From: a plasmid
Length of the DNA stretch: 64,000 nt
Direction: 5' to 3' (one strand)
Sequence record: NZ_CP028351.1
The translations under genes and the position numbers were made by a program. The notes beneath the pieces are model-generated. The model was not told where the DNA came from. It saw only the letters and a program-made list of their open reading frames with translations, and ran no database searches. This document shows positions 9,068 to 19,300 of this stretch, piece after piece; the first letter of the stretch is position 1, and every line of letters starts with the position of its first letter.

Positions 9068-10285
9068 TTATGACGCTTCGCCGTTGCCGATCTGCCAGAT
9101 AAACGTCGGATCGTTGCCGTTTACCTCCCATTCACCCACATTGCGGATTTTGTAAATCACCGGGTTGTGTGATGACACCGTGCGGGCGTTGCGCCAGTGT
9201 CGGTCCAGCGCCTTGCTGACGCGGGTATCGGACGCGCCCAGCGCATTAAAGAACTCCGTGGCGGCTCGGGTTACTAACTCCACCGCGACCACCTGCGCCC
9301 GGGCAGACTCCACCTCTGCCTGAACGTTCGCCGCGTGAAGATCTGCTTCATTGGCACCGCTCAGTTGCAGTTCAAATGCCCGTTGCAGTGAGTGAGTCGC
9401 CCGATCAACGGCGGCTTCAGCGGCCCAGGTCCAGCTGCTGATCTGACCGACCACCTGCAGCACCTGCACATCCTGCTTAACCTGAGGCGCATTGCCGTGG
9501 CTGTAAATCCGTTTACGCTGCGCAACCCCCTGTGACGCATCACGCACTACGGCCCGGCCTATACCCGCCAGCGTGGCTAATAACACATGCTGATAAAATG
9601 CGGTCTGATAGCGAAAGCGCTCACTGAAATCATAAACGTGTGGCTGCTCCACACGGGCATGATGAAAGCGTGTGGTGCCACTGCCGGTCAGCCGCTGCCC
9701 GAAACCATCCCAGTCGTCATCACGTTCCACCTCATTCTGATGCGTGTTCACCAGCGCGATGACGTCGCGGCCGTTGTCCGTGCGCTGCGCATAGACATCA
9801 ATCCAGTCCGCATAGAGCGTGCCGGTGCTGTAAAACTTCTCACCGCTGATCCGCCATTCTCCCGCATCGGGTGAGACCTGGGTGTTGACCTCACCCAGCT
9901 TAACCGCCCCGATTTCACTCCAGCCACTGCCCACCAGCTCGCCATCCACAAAACGGCGGAACCAGCGCCGTCGATCCTCACTCTCCGGCTGGTTCAGACG
10001 GTCTTCGATAAAGGCGAAGTGCGCGCGCAGTGCCTGCGGCAGATTTGAATCCGCTTCGGCCAGCGTCGTCAGCAGGGAGAAGAGCTGCGGCAGCGAGACG
10101 CCGAAGCCGCCTTCTTCTTTGGGGATGCGCAGGGTGCCGAACCGCGCCTCTTTCAGCCAGCGGATCGGCTCATGCAGGAGAGTGCGATCAATTTCACGCG
10201 CGGCGGCGCCTTCAGCAATACGGTTAAAGAGTGGCCGGAACTGTTCGGTCAGCGCGGCAAATTCAGTACGGGTTAATTCAGACAT
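9068..10285 (-). CDS. SfnB/DszC-family acyl-CoA dehydrogenase-like oxidoreductase (paralog 3)
   Basis: LDRHWRNARTVSSHNPVIYK signature. ATG 10285 is preferred (MSELTRTEF, AGGAGA RBS) over the track start 10336, which would overlap the MFS gene. Confidence 0.85.
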   Translation of the reverse strand: MSELTRTEFAALTEQFRPLFNRIAEGAAAREIDRTLLHEPIRWLKEARFGTLRIPKEEGGFGVSLPQLFSLLTTLAEADSNLPQALRAHFAFIEDRLNQPESEDRRRWFRRFVDGELVGSGWSEIGAVKLGEVNTQVSPDAGEWRISGEKFYSTGTLYADWIDVYAQRTDNGRDVIALVNTHQNEVERDDDWDGFGQRLTGSGTTRFHHARVEQPHVYDFSERFRYQTAFYQHVLLATLAGIGRAVVRDASQGVAQRKRIYSHGNAPQVKQDVQVLQVVGQISSWTWAAEAAVDRATHSLQRAFELQLSGANEADLHAANVQAEVESARAQVVAVELVTRAATEFFNALGASDTRVSKALDRHWRNARTVSSHNPVIYKIRNVGEWEVNGNDPTFIWQIGNGEAS

Positions 10286-11786
10286 GATCTTCTCCTGTTG
10301 CAGGTTGTTCATCAATGTCCTGTCGGGTCGGTTCAAACCGGATAATCAACAGGAAAATAATCGGAATAAGGGCGGCGAGAGAGACGATCCAGAACATGTT
10401 GGTGCCATAACGGGCCTGCAAAATGGGCAGGATAAATAGCGCCAGTGCACTGCCGATACCAGAGAGCGAGCGACTGAAGCCAACACCGGTCGCGCGAATG
10501 TGGGTCGGATAGGAGAGCGCCGGATAGATCATCAACTGCGCGCCGGGACCGAACCCTTCGGCAAACAGCCAGAGTCCCAGCATCAGCACGGCAAACACCA
10601 CACCGGCAGTGGCCTGTGGATGACCGATCAGCGCCAGCGAGATCAGCGCGATAAATTGCAGGGCAAAACCCGCAATCGCCACATGCCTGGAAGGGAACTT
10701 CCATGCCAGTCGCATCCCCAGCAGGCCGCCGGTAAAGGCGAACAGTGCATTCAGCCCCAGTGAGGCGGAGATGGTTTCAAACACGCCCGCGCCCAGGAAT
10801 TGCGCCAGGATAGAGGGCAGGAAGAAAGCAATGGCGGTGTACTCAAATGCGATACAGACGTTCATTACTGCGCTGACGATCGTGCGTTCGAGGTAAGGCT
10901 TCTGAAACAGCACGCGGAAACTCACTTTCGGGGCCGCTTTCACGGTTTCGGTTTTTTCAGGCTGCTCTTCATGCGCAATAATGCCGTAGGAGTCGCGCAG
11001 GATACGAACTGCACCGCTCAGGTCTCCCTGATTGGCTGCCCACAGCGGTGACTCATTCATGAACTTGCGGCGCACCGCGATAATGAGCAGGGCCGGTACC
11101 GCGCCAAACAGCAGCGAGGCGCGCCATAACCAGTCGATGTGTTCAGCTGGCAGCAGGAAATAGAGCGCAAAAATAATAAAGAAGCAGGCAGATGATGCGG
11201 CATACCACATCGGGCACCAGGCCGCGAGGCGCGACGCTTTATTGCCTTTGCCGGAGAATTTAGAGAACTCCGCCAGGTAGGCCATGGCAACCGGCAGATC
11301 GATCCCGACCCCGATGCCCATCAGAAAACGCGCCCCAATCAACACCCAGACGTTGGGTGCGAGACCCGCCGCGATGGCAGAGACCACAAAGAACAGCATG
11401 TCCGCCATAAACACCGAGTAGCGGCCATATTTATCGGTGAGCCATCCGCCGACCAGATTGCCGACGATGGTGCCGATCATAATTGAAGAGGTCACCAGTC
11501 CGGTCAGTACCGGGGTTAAGCCAAACTCTTTCACCACATCGTCAATACCATAGGAGAGCGTGGTGAGATCGTAGGCGTCAAGAAATACACCGCCCAGCGC
11601 CAGGAACACAATCCAGCGGGCGTAGCTGTTTTTCTCCGTATTACTGTTGATTAGCCGGGCCACATCACTCACCGAACGAACCGGCGTGGAGTGAGGCGGC
11701 GGGGCGGTCAGGGTGTTGTCAATCTCTAATGTACTCATCATATCCTCGTTATTATATTCAGCAGGTAACGAGGTTTTTATAGGCAT
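10278..11786 (-). CDS. MFS transporter
   Basis: Twelve predicted TM segments and MFS motifs (GxLxDxxGR-like, GKYGRY). The true start may be the internal ATG near 11738 (MMSTLE...), which has a GAGGA RBS. Confidence 0.8.
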   Translation of the reverse strand: MPIKTSLPAEYNNEDMMSTLEIDNTLTAPPPHSTPVRSVSDVARLINSNTEKNSYARWIVFLALGGVFLDAYDLTTLSYGIDDVVKEFGLTPVLTGLVTSSIMIGTIVGNLVGGWLTDKYGRYSVFMADMLFFVVSAIAAGLAPNVWVLIGARFLMGIGVGIDLPVAMAYLAEFSKFSGKGNKASRLAAWCPMWYAASSACFFIIFALYFLLPAEHIDWLWRASLLFGAVPALLIIAVRRKFMNESPLWAANQGDLSGAVRILRDSYGIIAHEEQPEKTETVKAAPKVSFRVLFQKPYLERTIVSAVMNVCIAFEYTAIAFFLPSILAQFLGAGVFETISASLGLNALFAFTGGLLGMRLAWKFPSRHVAIAGFALQFIALISLALIGHPQATAGVVFAVLMLGLWLFAEGFGPGAQLMIYPALSYPTHIRATGVGFSRSLSGIGSALALFILPILQARYGTNMFWIVSLAALIPIIFLLIIRFEPTRQDIDEQPATGEDHV

Positions 11787-12001
11787 TTAAGGCATAGTTA
11801 ACAACCAACAAATAACGATAACTATTTCAATATATTCAATAAGTTAATCATTAAAAGATGACCACGACAGAAGCCGGATGAATAGCAGGATTCATCCGGT
11901 ACGAATTAAAGCATTTTTCTTTACCTGGCCTGAAACCGGCGCGCTTCTTTAGTCGTTAATAAATCTGTAAAGCGATGACTGAGACTATTAACCGGCAGAT
12001 T

Positions 12002-13414
12002 TCATCCTGATATTTCAGCGCTATATATCTGCGTTTCTGCGTCAGCATGGCGGCGGTAACCGGCACCCGGATGTGGCAACGCCAGCCGCGGTCCCTTTCC
12101 GAACAACTTTTCACGCAGCGTGCCGGGCTGATAGTTCTGCTTGTAGACGCCGCGCTTTTGCAGTTCCGGCACCAGCAGTTCCACCACGTCAGTGAAGGTT
12201 TCATGCGTCACAGCGTAGGCGAGGTTAAATCCGTCAACGTCGGTCTCTTCAACCCAGCTCTGCAGTTCATCCGCTACGGTTTCGGCGCTGCCCACCAGCA
12301 ACGGGCCAAAACCGCCAATGCCCACCCAGTCAGCCAGCCCCTGCACCGTCCACTGACGAGTGGGATCGGCGGTGGAGAAGGTCTCGACCGCCGACTGAAT
12401 GGCGTTGGTATGCAGATGCTTCAGTACCTGATCCGGCTGATACTGCCCGAAATCGATACCGGTCCAGCCCGAGATGAGCGCCAGCGCGCCTTCGTAACTG
12501 ACATAGCTTTTGTACTCCTGCCATTTCGCCTGCGCCGCCAGGTCGGTTTCACCCACAATCACCGTCTGCAGATTGAAGATCAGGATGGAACGCGGGTCAC
12601 GTCCCGCCTCAGCGGCCCTGCGGCGAATATCTGCCACAGTTTTCTTCAGCAGTACTTTCGACGGTGCCGCGACAAATACACATTCAGCATGCTCCGCTGC
12701 AAAGGCCTTACCGCGGCTGGAGGCACCGGCCTGGTATAGCACCGGCGTGCGCTGCGGTGACGGCTCGCAAAGATGAATACCCGGCACCTGGAAAAACGTT
12801 CCCTGATGGTTAATCGGATGGATTTTGTTGGGGTCGCTGAATATATGACGTTCACGATCGCGCAGGACAGCGTCGTCTTCCCAGCTTCCCTCCAGCAGCT
12901 TATAGATAACCTGCAGATACTCATCGGCGTAGTCGTAGCGCGCATCGTGATCGGTCTGAGCCTGATGCCCGATATTGCGTGCGCCACTTTCCAGGTAGGA
13001 GGTGACAATATTCCAGCCAATACGGCCTTTGGTCAGATGATCCAGGGTCGAGATCCGCCGCGCAAACGGGTAGGGGTGTTCAAACGACAGCGAGGCGGTC
13101 AGGCCAAAGCCCAGGTGTTCCGTCACCATGGCCATCGGCGTGATTAACGCCAGCGGATCGTTTACCGGTACCTGTGTAGCCTGACGGATGGCGGCATGGT
13201 TATTACCGTTGAGCACGTCATAGACACCCAGCACATCAGCAATAAACAGCCCATCAAATTTACCGCGTTCCAGCAGGCGCGCTAAATCGGTCCAGTACGC
13301 CAGATCTTTATACTGCCATGAGCGGTCACGCGGATGCGCCCACAAGCCGGGTGACTGATGACCAACACAGTTCATATCGAAAGCATTCAGGCGAATTTCA
13401 CGTTGCGATGACAT
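12002..13414 (-). CDS. LLM-class FMNH2-dependent monooxygenase (NtaA/DszA family, paralog 2)
   Basis: LNAFDMNCVGHQSPGLWAHPRDRSWQYKDLAYWTDLARLLERGKFDGLFIAD. ATG 13414 (MSSQREIRL, AGGAG RBS) is preferred over the track start 13507. Confidence 0.85.
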   Translation of the reverse strand: MSSQREIRLNAFDMNCVGHQSPGLWAHPRDRSWQYKDLAYWTDLARLLERGKFDGLFIADVLGVYDVLNGNNHAAIRQATQVPVNDPLALITPMAMVTEHLGFGLTASLSFEHPYPFARRISTLDHLTKGRIGWNIVTSYLESGARNIGHQAQTDHDARYDYADEYLQVIYKLLEGSWEDDAVLRDRERHIFSDPNKIHPINHQGTFFQVPGIHLCEPSPQRTPVLYQAGASSRGKAFAAEHAECVFVAAPSKVLLKKTVADIRRRAAEAGRDPRSILIFNLQTVIVGETDLAAQAKWQEYKSYVSYEGALALISGWTGIDFGQYQPDQVLKHLHTNAIQSAVETFSTADPTRQWTVQGLADWVGIGGFGPLLVGSAETVADELQSWVEETDVDGFNLAYAVTHETFTDVVELLVPELQKRGVYKQNYQPGTLREKLFGKGPRLALPHPGAGYRRHADAETQIYSAEISG

Positions 13415-13482
13415 AGCGACTCCTGAGCGGATGCGGCAATCGCTTGCCGCCCACCTTTTAATATGTGTTTTATAAGGAAGAT

Positions 13483-14895
13483 TCAGTAAGTGAGTGAGCC
13501 GGGACATCGCTCGCTGACAGGCAGGGATAGGGCATTCAGCAGTTGCCGTGCAACAGACTCGGCATGTTCCGCCACCTGCGGTAATCCCATCAGCTCGCCA
13601 AAGCGACCCCGTGCGGCAGGCCCGGCAACATACAGTCCGGGATTCGCTTCATCGTTCACATTCAGCGTCTGAGACAGTGCATTAACCTGGATCCCCAGCG
13701 CCAGCGGGTCAGGCTGGATAACGCCATCGCCATGGAGCTGACGCAGCAGCGCATTGCTGTTAAGCAGCGCGTTGTGTGCAGGGCCGGTGGTGACAATAAC
13801 TTTCTCCACCTCCAGCCTGTGCGATTGCGCGCCACGCAGGCGCAGCGTTAGCCGGAGCGTTGCGCCATCCGATTCAGCGGCGATAAGGCGCGCCGCCAGC
13901 AGAGTCAGCTGACCGCTGGCCTGCTGTTGGCTGAGGATCTGGCTAACCTGCGGCGCAATCCGGTAGCGATGAACATCCCACCAGGGGCGCAGATGATGCA
14001 GAAAGCGCTGCTGCTCATGCAGCGACAGACTCTGCCAGATGCGCTGACCGTTACGGCGGATATCATCCAGCACCAGCTGCCAGGGCAGATTCAGCGCCGC
14101 CGCCTGTTTAACCTCCTGTCGCACACGATGTAGCCAGCCGCGCGCGGTGGCGGATTGCGGCTGACTGTAATCCAGAGCGTAGGTCTCATTGTTGCCACTC
14201 AGGTTGGCACGCGGCAGCTGGCCACGACGTGAGAAGACGGTAATCTTTCCACGGTGCTGCTGACGATGCAGCGACGCCACCATATCGGACATGGTCAGCC
14301 CTGAACCGATAATCGCCACCCGATCGTCAGGGACGACCTGCGCCAGCGCGTCGCGCTGCCAGGGATTGGCAATCAAACCCGGATGGCCCTGTAGCGGCCT
14401 CAGCAGAGCAGGCAGATCCGGCGGGGGATGGCTGGTCGCCAGCACCACCTGATCGGCATGAATCTGCTGCCCGGAGGCCGTGGTCACCACGCCATTCTTA
14501 AAGGCAACCGCACTGTCACGCAGATGGCTCAGTTTCACCGGTGAGTGCTGCTGCTGATGAACAAACTGCGCATTGACCCAGCGTCCGAACTCACCGCGTT
14601 GCGGGTAGACGTTGCCGTCATGCCACAGCGCTTCCGGATCGGCCCTGAAGTCGGCAGAGGCGCGATAGTCGCGATCGAAAACACCCTCTTCATCACCGGC
14701 GAGCTGCATTCTGCCGGCCGGCACATTAATGCGGTGGGCCGGATCGGTGGTACCGTATGCCACGCCCTGCGCCAGCTGTGCGCGAGGTTCAATCACCGTC
14801 ACCTGTAATCCCGCCTGGCCAGCGCGGGCCAGATGGATCGCCAGCGCAGTGCCGGTGAACCCGCCGCCGATAATGACAATCTGCTGTTGTGACAT
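13483..14895 (-). CDS. FAD/NAD(P)-binding oxidoreductase (pfam13454-like Rossmann protein)
   Basis: N-terminal dinucleotide-binding motif IVIIGGGFTGTALAIHLAR. ATG 14895 (MSQQQIV...) is preferred over the track start 14976. Confidence 0.7.
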   Translation of the reverse strand: MSQQQIVIIGGGFTGTALAIHLARAGQAGLQVTVIEPRAQLAQGVAYGTTDPAHRINVPAGRMQLAGDEEGVFDRDYRASADFRADPEALWHDGNVYPQRGEFGRWVNAQFVHQQQHSPVKLSHLRDSAVAFKNGVVTTASGQQIHADQVVLATSHPPPDLPALLRPLQGHPGLIANPWQRDALAQVVPDDRVAIIGSGLTMSDMVASLHRQQHRGKITVFSRRGQLPRANLSGNNETYALDYSQPQSATARGWLHRVRQEVKQAAALNLPWQLVLDDIRRNGQRIWQSLSLHEQQRFLHHLRPWWDVHRYRIAPQVSQILSQQQASGQLTLLAARLIAAESDGATLRLTLRLRGAQSHRLEVEKVIVTTGPAHNALLNSNALLRQLHGDGVIQPDPLALGIQVNALSQTLNVNDEANPGLYVAGPAARGRFGELMGLPQVAEHAESVARQLLNALSLPVSERCPGSLTY

Positions 14896-14920
14896 AAGCG
14901 AGCCTTTTTCTGTTAACTGA

Positions 14921-16093
14921 CTAGCTGGCGCTGGCCTGTTTAGCCGGGCGACGGTCGCCGCCGATGGTTTCACCAAACGGACCTGTATTGACGCTGCGCT
15001 GTTTCTTTTCGGCGTTGGCGGCCAGCGGCAACAACGGCATTACCAGCTCCGCAAAGCGGTGTGCCTCTTCAAGATGCGGATAGCCGGAGAAGATAAAGTT
15101 CTCAATGCCCAGTGCCTGATACTCCCGGATGCGATCGGCAACCTGCTGCGGATTGCCGACCAGCGCAGTCCCTGCACCGCCGCGCACCAGGCCAACGCCC
15201 GCCCAGAGATTGGGACCGATGCGCAGGCTCTCACGCGACCCCTGATGCAGGGCACTCATCCGCGCCTGACCGGCGGAGTCCATGCGGGCAAAGATTTTCT
15301 GCGCGGCGGCGATAGTCTCTTCATCCAGATGAGAAATCAGCCGATCGGCCGCCGCCCAGGCTTCCTCTTCCGTTTCACGTACAATGACATGTAAGCGGAT
15401 GCCATAAGAGAGCGTGCGGCCATTCTCCTGTGCTCGCTGACGAACCACCGCCAGCTTCTCCGCGACCTGTTCAACCGGCTCGCCCCACGTCAGATAGGTG
15501 TCGATCTGATTCGCCGCAACGTCGATAGCAGCCTCAGATGAGCCACCGAAATAGAGTGGCGGACCGTCTTCCTGAACCGGCGGGAAGAGGATCTCGGCAC
15601 CTTCCACGCGAATATGTTCGCCTTCAAAGTCTACCTTCTCGCCTTTCAGCAGGCGGGAGTAAACCTCAAGAAATTCTTTGGTCACCTGATAGCGCTCTTC
15701 ATGACTCAGGAAGATGCCGTCACCTTTGTTCTCTACCGGATCACCACCCGTGACCACGTTGATCAGCAACCGGCCGCCGGAGAGACGGTCCAGCGTCGCC
15801 GCCATCCGCGCCGCCAGGCTGGGCGGTTGCAGGCCGGGACGCACGGCCACTAAATAGCGCAGCTTTTTGGTGATCGGTGCCAGTGCCGAGGCGACCAGCC
15901 ATGAATCCTCGCAGCTTTTACCGGTCGGGATTAACACACCGTAGTAGCCCAGATTATCTGCCGCCAGCGCAACCTGCTGTAAATAGTGTAAATCGACTGC
16001 TCTGCCGCCTTCGGTGGTACCCAGATAGCGCCCGTCGCCGTGGGTAGGCAGAAACCAGAAGAGGTTGAGGTTTTCCTGTGTCGCATGACTCAT
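14921..16093 (-). CDS. ssuD: FMNH2-dependent alkanesulfonate monooxygenase
   Basis: Near-colinear with E. coli SsuD ([10 protein letters not shown], LIPTGxSCEDxWLVA, [23 protein letters not shown]). RBS AAGGAA. Confidence 0.9.
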   Translation of the reverse strand: MSHATQENLNLFWFLPTHGDGRYLGTTEGGRAVDLHYLQQVALAADNLGYYGVLIPTGKSCEDSWLVASALAPITKKLRYLVAVRPGLQPPSLAARMAATLDRLSGGRLLINVVTGGDPVENKGDGIFLSHEERYQVTKEFLEVYSRLLKGEKVDFEGEHIRVEGAEILFPPVQEDGPPLYFGGSSEAAIDVAANQIDTYLTWGEPVEQVAEKLAVVRQRAQENGRTLSYGIRLHVIVRETEEEAWAAADRLISHLDEETIAAAQKIFARMDSAGQARMSALHQGSRESLRIGPNLWAGVGLVRGGAGTALVGNPQQVADRIREYQALGIENFIFSGYPHLEEAHRFAELVMPLLPLAANAEKKQRSVNTGPFGETIGGDRRPAKQASAS

Positions 16094-16162
16094 TAGCAGA
16101 TTCCTTTATAACGATATTAAAATTTATCACATAGGGTTAATCCCTTTTGTTATATAGCCTCT

Positions 16163-16178
16163 AGCAGGATGCGTGCCA
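16163..16178 (-). promoter_or_regulatory. candidate sigma54 (-24/-12) promoter driving the ssuD operon
   Basis: The minus strand reads TGGCAC-gcatc-CTGCT, i.e. GG-N10-GC with a perfect -24 TGGCAC. It sits about 70 nt upstream of the ssuD ATG, in the divergent region next to the sigma54 activator gene. Confidence 0.4.
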
Positions 16179-16367
16179 CTGCGATGAAATATTTTTATTA
16201 TCAAAATTCAATAACTTATCGTTTTTGTGGCAGACGCTAATCTGCTGCATTCGCAACAGGCATAGTTGCATCCTGCTGCATTGGCAACAATCTGACTCGT
16301 TCCGCCTCTCGTTTCGGCGTTAGCGGCGCGGTATGGTCATGGTTTTCCCGTTCATCCGGTAAATGAG

Positions 16368-18257
16368 ATGCAGATATCCAGTCCTGAGTTAATTGACCCC
16401 GCATCGCGCGCCTTTAAAAGCGTGCTGGATCAGCTCGCGCCCACCGATGCGACGGTACTGATCATCGGTGAAACCGGCACCGGCAAAGAGGTGATGGCGC
16501 GCTATCTGCATCACCATAGCGCCCGCAGCCGGCAGCCTTTTCTGGCGGTTAACTGCGGCGCACTTACTGAGAGCCTGGCGGAGTCGGAGCTGTTTGGTCA
16601 TGAGAAGGGTGCCTTTACCGGCGCACAGGACAGGCATCGTGGCTGGTTTGAGGCGGCAGAGGGCGGCACGCTGCTGCTGGATGAGATTGGTGAGCTAAGC
16701 CCGTCGCTGCAGGTGAAGCTGCTACGCGTGTTGCAGGAGCGTGAGATTACCCGCGTCGGATCGTCCAGGCCGGTAAAAGTCAATGTGCGGGTCATTGCCG
16801 CGACCAACCGGGATCTGGCGGTGGCTATCCGTGAACGGCGATTCCGCGAAGATCTCTACTACCGGCTGAATGTGGCCAGCGTCACACTGCCGCCGCTGCG
16901 CCAGCGCTGCGAAGATATTCCGGTGCTGGCCAGTCACTTCCTGCAGATCTATGCGCGCCGTCTTGGTCGTCCTCAGCTGCGCCTCAGTGATGAAGCCATG
17001 ACAGTGCTGATGAACTACAGCTGGCCGGGCAACATCCGTGAACTGGAGAACACGCTGCACAACGCCGTGCTGCTCAGCAAAACCTCACTGGTCACGCCGC
17101 AGCAGCTGCGGCTAAGCCCTCTTGCGGGGAGCGACCTGCCGCAGGGAGAGGAGGCGCTTGATCAGTTTTTACGCCAGCAGATGCAGCAGAGTGATACACC
17201 GCTCTATCCCCGGGTAATTGCTGCGCTGGTGAAAAATGCGCTGGAACTCACCCAGGGTAATCAGTTACAGGCGGCCGCGCTGCTGGGTATCAGCCGACAT
17301 ACATTGCGCACACAGCTGGGACATCTGGGGGTGATTAAACCGCGCCGCGGTTCAGTGCGTCAGCGCGACATATCGACTGGTCAGCAGCCTGAGCGGGAGC
17401 GGGAACTGCGTATTGGTTATCAGAAATTTGGCAACCTTGGCATTCTGAAAGCCCGCCAGTCGCTGGAGCAGCAGCTGGCCGGGCAGGGTGTCAGCGTCAT
17501 GTGGAGTGAATTTCCTGCGGGTCCGCAGCTTCTGCATGCACTGAGCAATAAGGAGATCGATTTCGGGACCACCGGTGAAGTTCCCCCCTTGTTTGCGCAG
17601 GCCAGCAACAGTCCCATGGTCTATGTTGCCTGGGAACCTGCCGCCCCGCAAAGCGTGGCGCTGCTGGTGCCTAACAGCAGCCCGGTTAAGCAGATTGGCG
17701 ATCTCAGAGGCAAACGTATTGCCGTGAATCGCGGCTCCAACGTTCACTATCTGTTGTTGCAGATTCTGGATGAGGCGGGTTTAGCGCTGGATGATGTGCG
17801 CATTGTCTATGCCCCGCCTAAATATCCGCTGACGCCCAGCGATCTCAACGCGGTGGATGCCTGGATGATGTGGGATCCGTTACTCAGCGATGCGGAGAAC
17901 AGCGGAGAGTTCAGGGTGATTGCGGATGGCACAGGCCGGGTCAATAACCATCAGTTTTACCTGGCTGAGCGCGGATTTTCGACGCACTCTGGCGATCTGT
18001 TACAGGTTCTGCTTAGCGCACTGGGGCAGACCGGCCGCTACATTGATGCGCATCGTGCTGAAGCTGCCGGGCTGCTCTCAACGGAACTCGGCATCTCTGC
18101 AACCTCACTGATGCACGCCTTAGCCCGGCGCAGCCATCAGACCCAAAGAATGAACCTGGCCATCATCCGGGAACAGCAGACTATCGCCGACCGCTTCTAT
18201 GCGCTGGGGTTATTCAGTCGCGCTATTCGCGTACGCGAGTCGGTCTGGCATCCATAG
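16368..18257 (+). CDS. sigma54-dependent activator with C-terminal SsuA-like (NMT1/periplasmic-binding-fold) domain
   Basis: AAA+ sigma54-interaction domain with Walker A GETGTGKE and the GAFTGA motif (GHEKGAFTGAQ). A Fis-type HTH (LLGISRHTLRTQL) follows. Residues ~340-629 align with the adjacent SsuA (WSEFPAGPQLLHALSNKEIDFGTTGEVPPLFAQA vs WIEFPAGPQMLEGLNIGSIDLAATGDAPPTFAQA). There is no N-terminal receiver/sensor domain. Confidence 0.85.
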   Translation: MQISSPELIDPASRAFKSVLDQLAPTDATVLIIGETGTGKEVMARYLHHHSARSRQPFLAVNCGALTESLAESELFGHEKGAFTGAQDRHRGWFEAAEGGTLLLDEIGELSPSLQVKLLRVLQEREITRVGSSRPVKVNVRVIAATNRDLAVAIRERRFREDLYYRLNVASVTLPPLRQRCEDIPVLASHFLQIYARRLGRPQLRLSDEAMTVLMNYSWPGNIRELENTLHNAVLLSKTSLVTPQQLRLSPLAGSDLPQGEEALDQFLRQQMQQSDTPLYPRVIAALVKNALELTQGNQLQAAALLGISRHTLRTQLGHLGVIKPRRGSVRQRDISTGQQPERERELRIGYQKFGNLGILKARQSLEQQLAGQGVSVMWSEFPAGPQLLHALSNKEIDFGTTGEVPPLFAQASNSPMVYVAWEPAAPQSVALLVPNSSPVKQIGDLRGKRIAVNRGSNVHYLLLQILDEAGLALDDVRIVYAPPKYPLTPSDLNAVDAWMMWDPLLSDAENSGEFRVIADGTGRVNNHQFYLAERGFSTHSGDLLQVLLSALGQTGRYIDAHRAEAAGLLSTELGISATSLMHALARRSHQTQRMNLAIIREQQTIADRFYALGLFSRAIRVRESVWHP

Positions 18258-18352
18258 CGTTTTTTTAGCTAAGCATCGAACATTTCATCGCTAAGCGCTT
18301 CAAGCCGCGTTTGTTATGTTGCGCAGACAACAACCAGACTCAGGAACGAGAG

Positions 18353-19300
18353 ATGAAAAAAGTTTTACTCAGCGCTTTGATTATTGCCGCCCAGGCGGGT
18401 TTCGCGTTCAGCACCCAGGCAGCAGAAAAACCCGAGACAGTGAATATCGGTTTTCAGAAAGCCAATATTTTCGCGCTGCTGAAGTATCGCGGCACGCTGG
18501 ATCAGGAATTTAAAAAGCAGGGCATTGCGGTGCACTGGATTGAGTTCCCGGCCGGACCGCAGATGCTGGAGGGCTTAAACATCGGCAGTATCGATCTGGC
18601 CGCTACCGGCGACGCGCCACCGACGTTCGCGCAGGCCGCACAGGCCGATCTGGTTTATCTGGGACACTCGCCAGCTAACCCAAAAACCGAAGCGATTGTG
18701 GTGCCCGCTGACTCCCCGATTAAAAGCGTGGCGGATCTCAAAGGCAAGCGTGTGGCGCTGAACAAAGGCTCTGACGTTAACTATCTGCTGGTCACCGCGC
18801 TGGAGCAGGCAGGGCTGACCTATAAAGACATTACGCCGGTCTATCTCCCCCCTGCTGATGCGCGCGCCGCTTTCCAGCGCGGCGCGGTGGATGCCTGGGT
18901 CATCTGGGATCCCTACTACGCTGAAGTGGAAACTAATGCCCACGCGCGGCTGATTAAAAATGCTGAAGGGCTGGTGCCACACTACACCTTCTATCTTGCC
19001 AGTCGTAAGTTCGCGGAGCGCTATCCACACATCGCTTCTGAGGTGGTGGATGAGCTGGGTTCACTGAGTCAGTGGGCTAATCAAAATCAGGAAGAAGCCG
19101 CAAAAATCATGTCCACCTCAACCGGCCTGCCGCAGCCGATCTGGCAGCGCGCGCTGGCAAGGATGCCGTTTGGCGCGGAGCGGATGACGCCAGAAGTCTT
19201 CACCCAGCAGCAGGCGCTGGCAGATACCTTTACCCGGATTGGTCTGTTGCCGGTGAAAGTTGATATCCGCAGCGCGACATGGTCGCAGGATAAGAAGTAG
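18353..19300 (+). CDS. ssuA: aliphatic sulfonate ABC transporter substrate-binding protein
   Basis: Signal peptide MKKVLLSALIIAAQAGFAFSTQA. SsuA/NMT1-family blocks are present. ATG 18353 has RBS AGGAACGAGAG. No ssuBC genes lie adjacent. Confidence 0.8.
   Translation: MKKVLLSALIIAAQAGFAFSTQAAEKPETVNIGFQKANIFALLKYRGTLDQEFKKQGIAVHWIEFPAGPQMLEGLNIGSIDLAATGDAPPTFAQAAQADLVYLGHSPANPKTEAIVVPADSPIKSVADLKGKRVALNKGSDVNYLLVTALEQAGLTYKDITPVYLPPADARAAFQRGAVDAWVIWDPYYAEVETNAHARLIKNAEGLVPHYTFYLASRKFAERYPHIASEVVDELGSLSQWANQNQEEAAKIMSTSTGLPQPIWQRALARMPFGAERMTPEVFTQQQALADTFTRIGLLPVKVDIRSATWSQDKK

Noticed and set aside
11873-11900. Hairpin CCGGATGAAT-N6-ATTCATCCGG downstream of the LLM monooxygenase gene, as a terminator
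   Set aside because: A perfect 10-bp stem, but no adjacent U-run on the relevant strand. It may instead be a protein-binding palindrome, so it is left uncalled.
12047-12739. 230-aa plus-strand ORF
   Set aside because: Entirely antisense to the LLM monooxygenase gene and with no recognisable domain.
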